Shown: positions 51,448-62,100 of the stretch, piece by piece
Layout of the letters: the number at the start of each line of letters is the position of its first letter
Numbering within the stretch: position 1 is the stretch's first letter
Source of the DNA: Azolla caroliniana
Taxonomy: Eukaryota; Plantae; Polypodiophyta
Direction: 5' to 3'
Length of the DNA: 64,000 nt
Assembly (NCBI GenBank): GCA_043228905.1
Contig: JBHGNT010000015.1
Location: 6,758,001 to 6,822,000, forward strand
Made by a program: the position numbers and the translations under genes
The notes under the pieces: model-generated
Database searches by the model: none
Told to the model about the DNA's origin: nothing
Seen by the model: the letters and a program-made list of their open reading frames with translations, nothing else

Positions 51448-51604
51448 GCGCACGCACATACACAGCGAGGGAGATGATTACCTTTCTTAATGTTAATAGC
51501 GGTAACGAAATGGCTGAGGTAGTAGAAGTGAGAGCGAAACGATTTGTGATGGGAACCTCTGGATAGGAGTTAACAATCGCCGGCATCCACGTGAGTGTCG
51601 ACAT
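36909..51604 (-). CDS. PGM48: M48-family zinc metallopeptidase, plastoglobule PGM48 type, 9 exons, about 342 aa
   Basis: GT-AG exons 51604-51482, 46409-46293, 40608-40551, 40378-40311, 40206-40027, 39881-39785, 39694-39585, 37920-37787 and 37050-36909 join in frame (1029 nt). Motifs are DDFSHPLDRQNT, PNAYT, AHELGH (HEXXH), AELTCDRAA and SHPLPVLRARE, with a Ser/Thr-rich transit-peptide-like N-terminus. Exon 1 is the least certain. Confidence 0.9.
37787..37920 (-). CDS. PGM48: PGM48 exon 8
   Basis: VVVSVLMKLSGGSPSLAKQLNVEAFLKQAHSYDKASSSPLGWYLR with AG/GT boundaries. Confidence 0.9.
38729..39614. repeat. 443-bp near-perfect tandem duplication spanning the PGM48 exon 7 / intron 7 boundary
   Basis: Units 38729-39171 and 39172-39614; one substitution was noticed (CAATCAAATAC vs CAATCGAATAC). 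Confidence 0.95.
39585..40608 (-). CDS. PGM48: PGM48 exons 3-7 (catalytic region)
   Basis: Exons 40608-40551, 40378-40311, 40206-40027, 39881-39785 (HELGH) and 39694-39585. Confidence 0.92.
40900..41640 (-). mobile_element. Highly decayed copia integrase/RT remnant in PGM48 intron 2
   Basis: QQEIGVVERKSRTV and MLSQSNLPHKSLAEVVHTNVYIINHCP resemble copia integrase motifs. Confidence 0.6.
42040..45293 (+). mobile_element. Non-LTR retrotransposon (RTEX/L2-group-like, ORF1 plus APE-RT ORF2), internally deleted
   Basis: ORF1 (IYLVDDLTPTQ), APE (MTIWNC, ILLGDFNA, STVDY, ADH), RT (GVKQGCPLS, LLYVDD, FKYLG) and C-terminal LRTRSHKL..CNVC..VEDESHLLFTC. The tail is (AATTCT)n. The 5' boundary is approximate. 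Confidence 0.85.
46293..46409 (-). CDS. PGM48: PGM48 exon 2
   Basis: GHFNIAKSSRRKSS..LPDLQADDFSHPLDRQ, with a CAG acceptor and GT donor, phase 0. Confidence 0.85.
46830..50473 (+). mobile_element. Second copy of the same LINE family, RT core deleted, with an internal duplication of about 281 bp
   Basis: ORF1 and APE are homologous to 42300-44140. TCWNPKGGAS is duplicated at about 48797 and 49078. It has the same 3' end and an (ATTCT)-type tail. Confidence 0.85.
51132..51229 (+). mobile_element. Short 3'-end copy of the same LINE family (truncated LINE or SINE) inside a CT-rich tract
   Basis: GGTCCCATGGGTCAATATTGGCCTCTCTATGGA..ATCTAATCTAATCT matches the LINE 3' ends at 45238 and 50413. Confidence 0.65.
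51482..51604 (-). CDS. PGM48: PGM48 exon 1 (putative transit peptide)
   Basis: ATG at 51604, 41 Ser/Thr-rich codons, AAG|GTAAT donor, phase compatible with exon 2. Confidence 0.65.
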
Positions 51605-51877
51605 GGCCGATCACAGGAAACAGAGAAATCGAGGGGGGGGAGTTGGAGGAGACGACGCAGAGAAAATGAGGAAAATTGTGTAGAAAGCAACAAAAGACAC
51701 GTGTGGGATGTGTGTGTGTGACACGACTCACCACACAAAGTCACTCACCATCATTCATATATGTAAATATATGTATGTACATTATTGTCTCTTATAATTC
51801 GTATGGTCTACTTAATTCGTATGTTACTTATGAATTCATTAATTATATGGTCTATTGAGGATAGATAGCTTAAATTA

Positions 51878-52236
51878 TAGGAATCCGAACGATTCGGTGT
51901 TTTGGCTTAACCGGTTTGAAACCGGTTTGGGAGTTTCCAAACCTAAACCGAACCGGTTCCTTAACAGCCAGTTCGGCCAAACCGATTAAGCCTAAATCGG
52001 TTCCTAAAATGTTCGGCCAAACCGGTTAAGCCTAAATCGGTTTAGGAACCGGTTTACCACGCCGATTAAACCTTAACAGGCTTGGAAACCAGTTTTGCCC
52101 AAATCGGTTCAGTTTGGCTTGAGCGATGCATCCCAAACCGAGCTCAAACTGGTTAAGGAAGGTCAAGCATGAACTGAACCAAACCAAACCACCAAATCAT
52201 TTAAAAACGGTTTAACGGTTTAGTTTACTCACACCT
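51878..52236. mobile_element. AACCG/CGGTT-rich non-autonomous DNA transposon remnant just upstream of PGM48
   Basis: Dense AACCG motifs in both orientations are typical of hAT/MITE subterminal repeats. TIR and TSD were not resolved. Confidence 0.5.
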
Positions 52237-52849
52237 TCTTTCTCCTAGAGGCTCTGTAATGTGAACACGAGGAATGTTGATTTCGTTCCCCCAAACTTGA
52301 AGTAAAATTAAGACGTCAAATTGATGGTGAAAAATGACGACCTACTCTTACCTTGAATCTTTTTGCAACGTGGCGTTTTACCCAATTTTACACCAATTTT
52401 TCCTCTTTATGGATTTCGTTCAACAACCTTTGAATACTTCTATTTTGAATATTGATTTGATGCTTAGTTTCACATGTGCACGCTAGCTACCTATTCATCT
52501 ATATACATGTGCACGACACCATATGGGTCAATTTATAGACCCCCCAACCCATCCTTCAATAACACCATCGAAATAAGATTTCTAAGAGAATGATTGATTG
52601 CTTGTCTTCTCCCTATATTGTTTTTTCATAGGGGTGTAAGACATGTTTTGGTTTATTTTTGTTTGTTTGTTACATTGTTTTTTCAATTAGTTATTGCATG
52701 GGGGATCCTTGGGCTCTCTAGGTAAATCAACTATGTATGCGTTTGAATCTACAACCAACTTCAAGAAATTGAATTATTCATGTAGATGTTTTACACTCCA
52801 ACCACACCATCGAATGGAAGTGTTTACTACGTAGTACTTTTATTCAAGG

Positions 52850-53993
52850 AACTTCATAATCAAGGAGAGTCAATCTTTAAACACTCAAATTGTGAATGGC
52901 ATGTTCAAGAAAGATAATGGGGATGCTCAACTTGCCAAAAAGGGCCTTCACATTCTAAGTCTAGACATAGAGGAACTAGTAGCACAAGCATTGGCTAATG
53001 ATTCTTTCATGTTTCTACATGCCTCACGAGAGAATCTTGAGAAAGGGATGCTTGTATGGAACCAAATTGCATTGGCTTCTGGATTACATATTAATTGAAG
53101 GAACCCATAATATTATATTACTTGCCATTGTTGCCTTGGACAAAGAAGGCTTTGCATTCTGTTTTGCAACCTCTTTGATATTTGTAGTGGAAAAAGAGGG
53201 ATAAGATGGGAATCACTTGGGTTGCGTGGAATCATCTAGCAACCCCTAAGCACTTGGGGGCAACTGGAATATTGAACTTATCTATGCATATGATGGCTCC
53301 TAGATTTTCATTATTACAAGAGATGTGTTCAAACTCACAACCATGGATATATATTATTCAATATTTCATTGAGAACAAGGGTTTAACACATGGGAGGACA
53401 ACGATTAAGGCTTCATGGTGGCAATACTAAATGAATGTATTTCACTTAAGATTCTGGGCTCTTCATGTGTTCAACACTTGGTTACTTCATGGCAAGAAGC
53501 ACTCTTGTTATGCATATGGAAACCATCACCTAGTAGAGAGCATTGTAATTCTTTGCAAAAAGAGTTACTTGTGTCTTCTCGGTTATTATGTTGGCTAGGA
53601 AAGGAGAGATTGCACTCTCAATTTAATCGTTTGTTTCGTTTTGGGGTCAAAGAGGTGGGAGATATAGTTGAGGCTCCATCTCAAAGAATTTTGGAGTTTG
53701 TTGAAGTGCGAAAATTATTATGCATCCCCCCTAATTATGGGTTTATTTGGCAACAACTACAAAATATTGCATTGATGCAAGGTCCCTTACCTCTATAAAC
53801 AGGAGAACAACTGTGGATTGGTTGGTGTTTATGAGGTCAAACATCATTGTTAGAAGTGACTACTGATATTTTGTATCATTGCTATAAACAGGAGAACAAC
53901 CGTGGATTGATTGGTGTTTACGAGGTCAAACGTCATTGTTACAAGTGACTACTAATATTTTGTATCATTGCTCTGTTGAGTCTCTTGGATGGT
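52850..53993 (+). mobile_element. Decayed L1-clade LINE ORF2 fragment
   Basis: ASGLHIN and WVAWNHLATPKHLGATGILNL match the W..PK..GGLG motif. A tandem duplication of about 90 bp lies at 53793-53972. Confidence 0.65.
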
Positions 53994-54605
53994 TCTCATG
54001 AATCCGTGAACATTATGCTTCACCTAGACTTGAACCCAAAACTTCGTATTACAAAATTCGAAGCCTAACCATTAAGGTAACCTATCAGGATGTAAAATGA
54101 TAAAGGCTACCTTTCATAGTGATTATTGTATCAGAGAAACTTTTGGAACTTTCTAGAACATCCTAGAATATTTTAGGTCTAGAACATTCTAGAACATTAT
54201 AGAAATCTCTAAGTTATTCTATAGAAACCTATAAATAGAGACAAATAGATCATATCAAATCAGTTCGAATCAACACCAGTCTTAAACTCCAGCTTCCAAG
54301 CCTACCTTGTATCCAACTCATCCTTGTACTCATTCTATTCTAATAAACCCACTCTTCTCTTATCAATCCATTCTCCTCTCTTCTTCTATTCTCTTATACC
54401 TTCCTTCAATCGTTCAAATCTCTTGCTTTGTTCTGACAGTTTGATTCGAACTTCTTCTCCTTCACCTCTTCCACAAACACTAGTCAGTACCCATGGTTGC
54501 TAACAACCCACAAGAATACCTTGCCCTTGTTGTAGAAATGGAGAATCTCAAAAGCAAGTTTGCATCACTAGAGCTAGAGAATCAACGATTGCTTGAAGAT
54601 CTACA
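53994..54605 (+). mobile_element. Chromovirus-type 5' LTR, self-priming PBS and gag start (truncated)
   Basis: LTR 53994-54438 (TcTCATGAA...TGACA), TATA at 54230, and TCTAGAACAT repeats as in the 15464 LTR. PBS 54441-54452 is complementary to 54262-54273. A coiled-coil-like ORF starts at 54493. Confidence 0.7.
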
Positions 54606-54609
54606 TAAG

Positions 54610-57008
54610 GTTTCTGTAGGTTTGTGGACCCCCGTGGTTTTTCCCATTTTGGGTTTTCCATGTAAAATATCGGTGTCTCTGTGTCTTCACATTTTTCGTC
54701 TGTGTACTAGTTCTTGGTTTTTGCACACGAATACGAATGTATAACTGGTTGTGGCCGGTCTATTCCTAACAAAGTGGTATCAGAGCGATGGAAGACTCAT
54801 TCGGCGGCATGTTTAAGCTAATCGGCTCCAACTACTTAGTGTGGAAGTCGAAGATGAGAGATCGATGCAGCGACTTGGGAAGTGTTGCATCTGAAGATGG
54901 CTGCATATATAAGGTGTTTTATAGACATGACTCTATACAACAACTTTGGTGAAGAAACAGAAGCAAACGTCATGTTCGAAAACAAGAACGTAGTGAACGG
55001 AGTCTTTGTATTTCGAAAAATCGTGAGGCTCCGGTATCAGGATGGCTCCAGTATGGCGGAACACATCAATGCCTTCCAAGGGTTGATGAACCAAACCACC
55101 TCTCTAGAAGTACCTCGAGGTATTAGCACTATTGTTGCTGGGATCCCTTCCGGACAGTTGGGAGACGCTCCTTGTCACTTTGGGCAACGCCGGGCCGGAA
55201 GGGAAGCATCTATCCCTAGAGTAGGTGAAGTCAGGCTTGCCAAATGAATAAGCTCGCCGGAAGGACCGTGAGTCCAATACCGACTAGAAGGGCTTAGTTA
55301 CGGAAGGTGACACAATTTAGGGAAGAGGTCGAAATCGAAGTCCCCAGAACCGAGATAAGTTGGGGACCAGTTCAAAGTCGAGGGGGAGGCCCACATGCTT
55401 CTATTGTGGGAAGCTAGGGCACTTCTAGAAAAACTGTCGACACTTTCGAAAGGAGAAAGGGGGAGTTGATGGTGTAGAGCCGAAGAAAATCCCGGACAGA
55501 AAGAACACCTCAGCAATCGCCATGAGTGAGGAGGAGTTGTTGCTCATTAGTGAGCACAACTAAGTGAATCTCGTAGGCGAAGAATCGACATGGGTGGTCG
55601 ATTCGGGTGCATCGTTTCACCTAACCCCTGACCGAAAGTGCTTCTCATCCTATAGAGCGGAGATCTCAGATCTGTTAAGATGGGAAATGAAGGAGCATGC
55701 CGAATCGTTGGCATGGGATATGTGTGTTTGGAAACCTCAATCGGGTGCAGACTCGTGTTGAGAGATGTACAACACGTTCCGAAGGTTTGATTGAACCTAA
55801 TATCAGCCGATCGGCTAGATGATGAAGGCTACACGGGTAGCATCCAAAATGGTGTCATGAAGTTTTGCAAGGGAAGTCTGATCATGGCTCGAGCCTAGAA
55901 AACCAACACAATATACATAATGAATGCTCGAATATGCCAAGAGAAAGCGAACGTGGCAGCCGACATGGTCAGTGAACTATGGCATAGGAGGTTGTGCCAT
56001 ATGAGCCAAAAGGGGATGCGAAAGCTTGCCGAGGACAATCTCATTCCGGAGGTGAAGAACATGCAACTTGAGAAGTGCACTGATTGCTTGGCCGGCAAGT
56101 AGAATCAAACATCCTTACGAGCAAGGCCCCTCAATGAGGAAGAAAATGCCATTGGAACTTGTGCATATGGATGTATGCTATGTGGACACAAAGTCGCATG
56201 GTGGTTCATAGTATTTTGTGACCTTCATTGATGACTGTAGCCGGAAGTTGTGGGTTTCTGTGCTGAAGATGAAGGATCAAGTGTTATGCGTCTTCAAAGA
56301 ATTCCAAGTGAGGGCCGAGAGAGAAATCGACTGAAAACTGAAGGCAGTCCGAGCGGACAATGTCGGAGAGTACTGTGGACCGTTCGAGGAATATTGCCGA
56401 AATCAAGGAATCTAGCTCGAGTATACCGTGCCGAAGATGCCAGAGCTTAATGGGTTGGCCGAGAGAATGAACTAGACTGTAATGGAAAGGGTCTGAAGTA
56501 TGCTTGCACATGATAAGTTACTGAAGACGTCCTGGGCTGAGGCGCTGATGACGACAACATACGTGATAAACCGATCACCCTTAGTACCCTTGGATAGTGA
56601 TATCCCACAAAGGTTGTGGAGCGGCAAAGACGTTTCGCACCGACATCTGAGGGTGTTCGACTATCTTGCCTATGTGCATGTGGCAAAAGACCAAAGGGGA
56701 AAACTAGACCCGAAATCTCGGCTAGGTATATTTCTTGACTACGACAATGATGAATTTGGCTATCGGCTATGGGACTTAGCCGAGAAGAAAGTGATTAGGA
56801 GCCGCAACATTGTCTTCATGGAGGAAAAGACAATAGTCAACTGGGAGATTGAGAATAAGTCTCCAACTACCAAATCGAACCGAGTCGACGCTCAACCAAA
56901 TCTAGTAGAAGCCGAATCGATCGAAATCAAATCCGAGCCAGTCGGCCGATTTAATACTCAGCAAAATCGAGAACTGAGTGAAGAACGAGGGGAAACGGCC
57001 GAACAAGG
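54610..57008 (+). mobile_element. Ty1/copia group A, 5' half (LTR end, PBS, gag-PR-INT)
   Basis: LTR ends at 54771; PBS TGGTATCAGAGC at 54775-54786; motifs WVVDSGASFH, LWHRRLCHMS, VHMDVC and KLDPKS. Confidence 0.9.
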
Positions 57009-59199
57009 TGTAAGGAATAGTGCGGAATATAGCTCGGCCAAAAACCAAGTAATGAATCACTTCAATGAGAATCAAACACAGAAATGGGAAATGGGGAGAG
57101 AACGCATGTACACACACAGACAATAGAGAGTACATAGGATGTTTACGTGGAAAAACCTAATAGGAAAAAACCACAGGAGCCCATAGACTCCAAATTATCA
57201 CTATATAGGAAAAGGTACAAACAGAGAATCAAAGGCAATGACCTTGAGCTCTGTATCTCTCTCTCTATATATATATCACTATACAACAGTTATGCACATA
57301 CCCCAATATGACAACAACTACACTAAAGTGTTTGCCCTAAGTCATATTTATACTTATATGAACTTAGGGCTATTTACAAATATAGCCTCAATAGGCTTAC
57401 TCAAAACATATTCACAAATATGTCTTCTCTTCCTGTTCTCACCAGGTCCTCTTCATTCAACACTGGATCCCAATCAGAGAGACCGATTTCCCAACAATCT
57501 CCCCCTTCACTCCGGCATGGGATGTCTCGTCATCCCGATCCGCTTTTGGCACGTGTCCAGCTTGTCGGTTGTCAACATCAACCTCGTGGTCAACATATCT
57601 GACCCGTTCTCCTCCGTGTGGATCTTCGTCAGCATGAACTCTTGATCTTCTACTCTCTCCTGGATCCAGTGGTACCTCAGCTGGATATGTTTCGTCCAAG
57701 AATGGTAGACCGCCGTCTTTGCAAGGTGGATACCACTTTGACTGTTGCAGTAGAGCCGATATTCCTCATGTTGGATCCCTAGCTCTTCGATGAAGTCCTT
57801 CATTCAGATTATCTCCTTGTCGGCTTCTACAGCTGCCATGTACTCCGCCTCCGTTGTTGACAACGCAACCGTCTTTTATAGCCTCGACTGCCATGATACA
57901 CCTCCCCTTGCATAAGTCATGACATATCCGGATGTAGACCGACTGGTATCCGCATCAACTGACATATCCGAATCCGTGAATCTGTCAAGTTGGGGATTAC
58001 CAGAGCCAAACCAGAGGCACATACTCGAGGTGCCTTTAAGATACCGGAGTATCCACTTGACCGCGTTCTAGTGTTCTTTTTCGGGCTTGCTCATGAACCG
58101 GCTCACCACTCCGACTGCAAATCCGATATCCGGTCGGGTACATACCATCGTGTACATCAAGCTTCCAATGACAGAGGCATATGGTATCTTCATCATATCC
58201 GTCTTCTCCGCCTTTGTCCTCGGACTTTGTTTTCCGGATAACTTGCAGTTTGTCGGAAGTGTCGATTCGACCGGCTTCGCCTCTGACATGTTGAACTATT
58301 GAGGCACCTTTGTCACGTACTTCTCCTGTGACAACCACAACAGCTTCTTCGACCGGTCCCGGATGATGTAGATTCCCAATATCTGTCTTGTCGGACCCAA
58401 GTCTTTCATTGAGAAGGTCTGATTCAGAGCCTTCTTCAACATTTGAATCTTGCCTTGGTTTCGTCTATCGATCAACATATCATCCACATATAGGAGGAGT
58501 ATCAGGAAATCTCCTCCATCAAATTTCTTCACAAACACGCAGTGATCGGCTTGCGTTTTGTGGTACTCTTGGTCAGTCATGAAGGAGTCGAACTTCCAGT
58601 ACCATTGCCAGGGAGCTTGCTTCAATCCATATAAGCTCTTCTTCAGCCAGCACACCAAGTGCTCCTTCCATTTCTTCTCAAATCCTTCCGGTTGATGCAT
58701 GTAGATGTCTTCTTCGAGGTCGCCATGTAGGAATGCCGTCTTGACGTCCAATTGCTCTACCTCGAGGTCCATGCTTGTCGTTATGCCCAATACCATCTGG
58801 ATGGATGTCATCTTTACTACCAGGGCAAAGATCTCATCGAAATCCACTCCTTTCTTCTGCTGGAACCCCTTCACCATGATCCGGGCTTTGTATTTCGATG
58901 GGTTTGCGGCATCTCCCGGTTTCAACTTGTACACCCACTTGTTCCGGAGTGCCCTCTTTCCTTTCAGCAACTCCGTCAGTTCATACGTGTGGTTCTCATG
59001 CAGGGAATCCATCTCATCCTGCATGGCACTCAACCACTTGCAGTTGTGGGTGTCTCTCTTTGCCTCTTCGAAGCTTTCCGGTTCCCCCTCATCGGTTAGC
59101 AATACGTTCACTGCAGCCGGAAATCTCTGGGGGGCTCTTCTCTCTCGAAGAGGGTATCTCCGTCCTTGGTTTCTAACTACCGATTCCTTTGTTTGTTCC
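57009..59199 (-). mobile_element. Ty1/copia group A, 3' half (RT-RNase H, PPT, 3' LTR)
   Basis: 3' LTR 57009-57496 with PPT GAAGGGGGAGAT; RT motifs QLDVKTAFLHGDL, KKSLYGLKQAP and LLYVDDML; RNase H motif TKHIQLRYH. Confidence 0.92.
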
Positions 59200-62100
59200 T
59201 GTTGAGTGACAAGCTCAACATTGAGTGCATAATATGGTGTGTAACCCAGTGCGTAGACTGGGTGCGTAAAATAGTACGCATAACATGGCCGTATCGGTGC
59301 GTAAACTGGAAGGCCGTTAGTATGGTATTCCTCGTAAGGAATAAATTTGGTAGTTAGTGTAACAGGCTCATTTATGAGCAATCAAGTTATGTCAGTACTT
59401 GTGTCAGCCGGATAGTCAGGGCTTGTATAAAAGGTGCTCATTGAGCACGGTGTATGTATAGAGTATTATTTTTGAATCTGAGTTTCTGTTATCTGTTCAC
59501 TCTGTCTCTCCCCCTCCATATCATCTCTGCGTTTTCAGTGTTTTACCGAACTGTCTTATTCTCCCGAATTGTGCACTCTGTGTCATACACACATGCTTCC
59601 GCACAACGTTGTCTTTGACATGGTATCAGAGCGAGAGGGTTGAAGTCCTCTGCAGCCAACAAGAAAAGTTTGATACGAAACAGAGTTGAAGTTGTTCGCT
59701 TTCGGAGAAGAAAAAGATAGTACTATGGACAGAGGAATGGGAAGCTCACTTCCGACTGAAAAGCTTGATAGAAGCAACTATGCATCTTGGTCTTACAAGA
59801 TGCACTAGTACCTGCTCGGCCATGACTACTGGAGTTATGTTGAAGGAGCAAACGATGTGGCACCCGACTCGACACACAGGGACTATCCGGCTTGGAAACA
59901 AGCGGCAAGCAGAGTGCTGTATTACTTCGCGTCCTGTGTGAGCGATCAGCTTTTGAGCTATATTCGGGATGCCAAGACGTTGAAGGACGCATGGGCGAAT
60001 CTCAAAAGGCTTTTTGCCGCCAGCACAACGGCCAGAAAGCTGCAGCTCAGACAAGAGCTCAACAATGTATGACAAAGAGATATGTTGGTGGCTGATTACA
60101 CCACCAAGATCAAAGAAATTTGCGACTCTCTTGCCTCCATCAACGTGAACATCGAGGAAGATGAAATGGTGCAGGTTTGTCTTGGTGGCTTGGTGTCAAA
60201 TTTTGGACCTTTCTGAACGGTGGTCTACACGAGGGAGATTACGCCTTCATTGTTCGAGCTTCAGTCAATGTTGCTCGTAGAAGAAAAGCACGCGGGTGCG
60301 TTGACGAGTGTGCACGCCAATGGCAAGATGCTTTACACAGAGGATGATAGGCCTCGTGGTCATGGTGGACGAGGCGGATCGGTGTGCAATGGAGGCAGCC
60401 GAAAAGCAGAATGTACGGCATAATCGAGATGCCAAAAGCAATTCCGAACCCTCCGCAAGCAAGGGGAGTCATGGCGGTGCCGAAAGACGGCAAGAGAAGA
60501 TTGCGCCGGAATGCTGGTATTGTGGCAAGAAAGGCCACAAGGAGAGCGAGTGCTGGAAAAAGAGAGCCGATTCGAACAAAGCCGGATCGAGCCGAAGAGA
60601 TGCAGAGAGGCATCAGAGATCGCACTACGCAGAAGGCTCTGAAAGAGCCGGAAATGGAGCGGGCCCTACCTTCGTAATGAAGCATAAAGCCAATTCAATG
60701 GCCGTGAACACCTCGAAATCGAGCGAGGTGTGGTATGTGGATTCCGGATCGTCAAATCATATGACGAGCCATGAGGAATGGTTCTCGTACTTAGAGAAGC
60801 CGGAATCACGAGGGGTTGTCGAAATGGGAGATGACACCCCGCATACCATCGAACATGTCGGCGAAGTTCCCCTCAGCCACGTCGGGCAGAAAGGGAAGCT
60901 AATGAACGTGTTGCACGTCCCGATGATAACAAAGAACCTTGTGTCGGTCGGACAGATCATAGACCAAGGTATGCAAGTTCGATTCATGCATCTCGACTGC
61001 TTCATTGAAGAGGAAGGCAAAGTGATCGCGCAAGGGCGCTGTGAAGGGAGGATGTTTATGCTCGAAACCAATAATGTGGGTACCGCTATGTTCGCAAAAG
61101 GACAGAAGGTTGAGTAGGATATCGACCTGTGGCACAAGTGGTTCAACCACGTAAATTTCCCACGGCTTCGTGAAATGCAAACGAAGAACATTGTTTTCGG
61201 GTTGCTGAAATTTTGTGGCCGAAATGGCCAAGTCTGCGAAGCCTGTCAGATGGGAAAACAACACCGACTTCCATTCCCCAATGAGCGGAATCGTAGTCGA
61301 AGTCCGTTGGATTTGATCCATTCGGATGTGTGGGGTTCGGCATAGAACGTGAGCCTCGATGGAAGCCATTACTTTGTAACCTTCATCGATGACTTCCCTG
61401 GGCACACGTGGGTATGCATGACTGAGAAGAAGAGCGAAGTCTTTGCGTGTTTCTTGAAAGTGAAGAGCCTTGCGGAAAGGGAAACGGGGCGTAAGATCAA
61501 ATGCCTACGGTCCGATGGCGGGAAGGAGTATTTCTCTGACCAGTTCACAAGTTATCTACAGAAGGAGGGAATTCGATGAGAATTCTTGTGTAGATATACA
61601 TCGGAGCAGAATGGCGTAGCCAAGCGGAAGAATCAGACGATTGAAGAAGCGGCCAGGGCAATGCTTGAAGAGAAGCATATGCCGAAATTCTATTGGGCTG
61701 AAGCCATGAAGACGGCTGTCTACCTGCAGGATCGGACTTCTACTAATGGAGGAGTGTCGCCACATGAGCTGTACTTTGGGAAGAAGTTGAACTTGGCACA
61801 CTTGACAATTTTCGGCAGCATCGTGTATGTGCACATGCCGAAGGAGAAACAGAGGAAGTTGGACGCGAAAGCCGAGAAGTGTATCTTGGTCGGCTTTTCG
61901 GACGAGCAGAAGGGTTATAAGTGTTATAACCCACGCACCAAACAAGCGCGCGTGAGCCGTGGCGTTGTGTTTGGCGAGTCCGCATCCTGGTACTTGCCTC
62001 CGACTCCGGACTTCACGTCCAATCCGATTTTTGAAGAAGAAATTAGTGAGGCTGAAATGCCTCCGCACGATGAAGAAATCGGAGCTCTTAGAGAGAGTCT

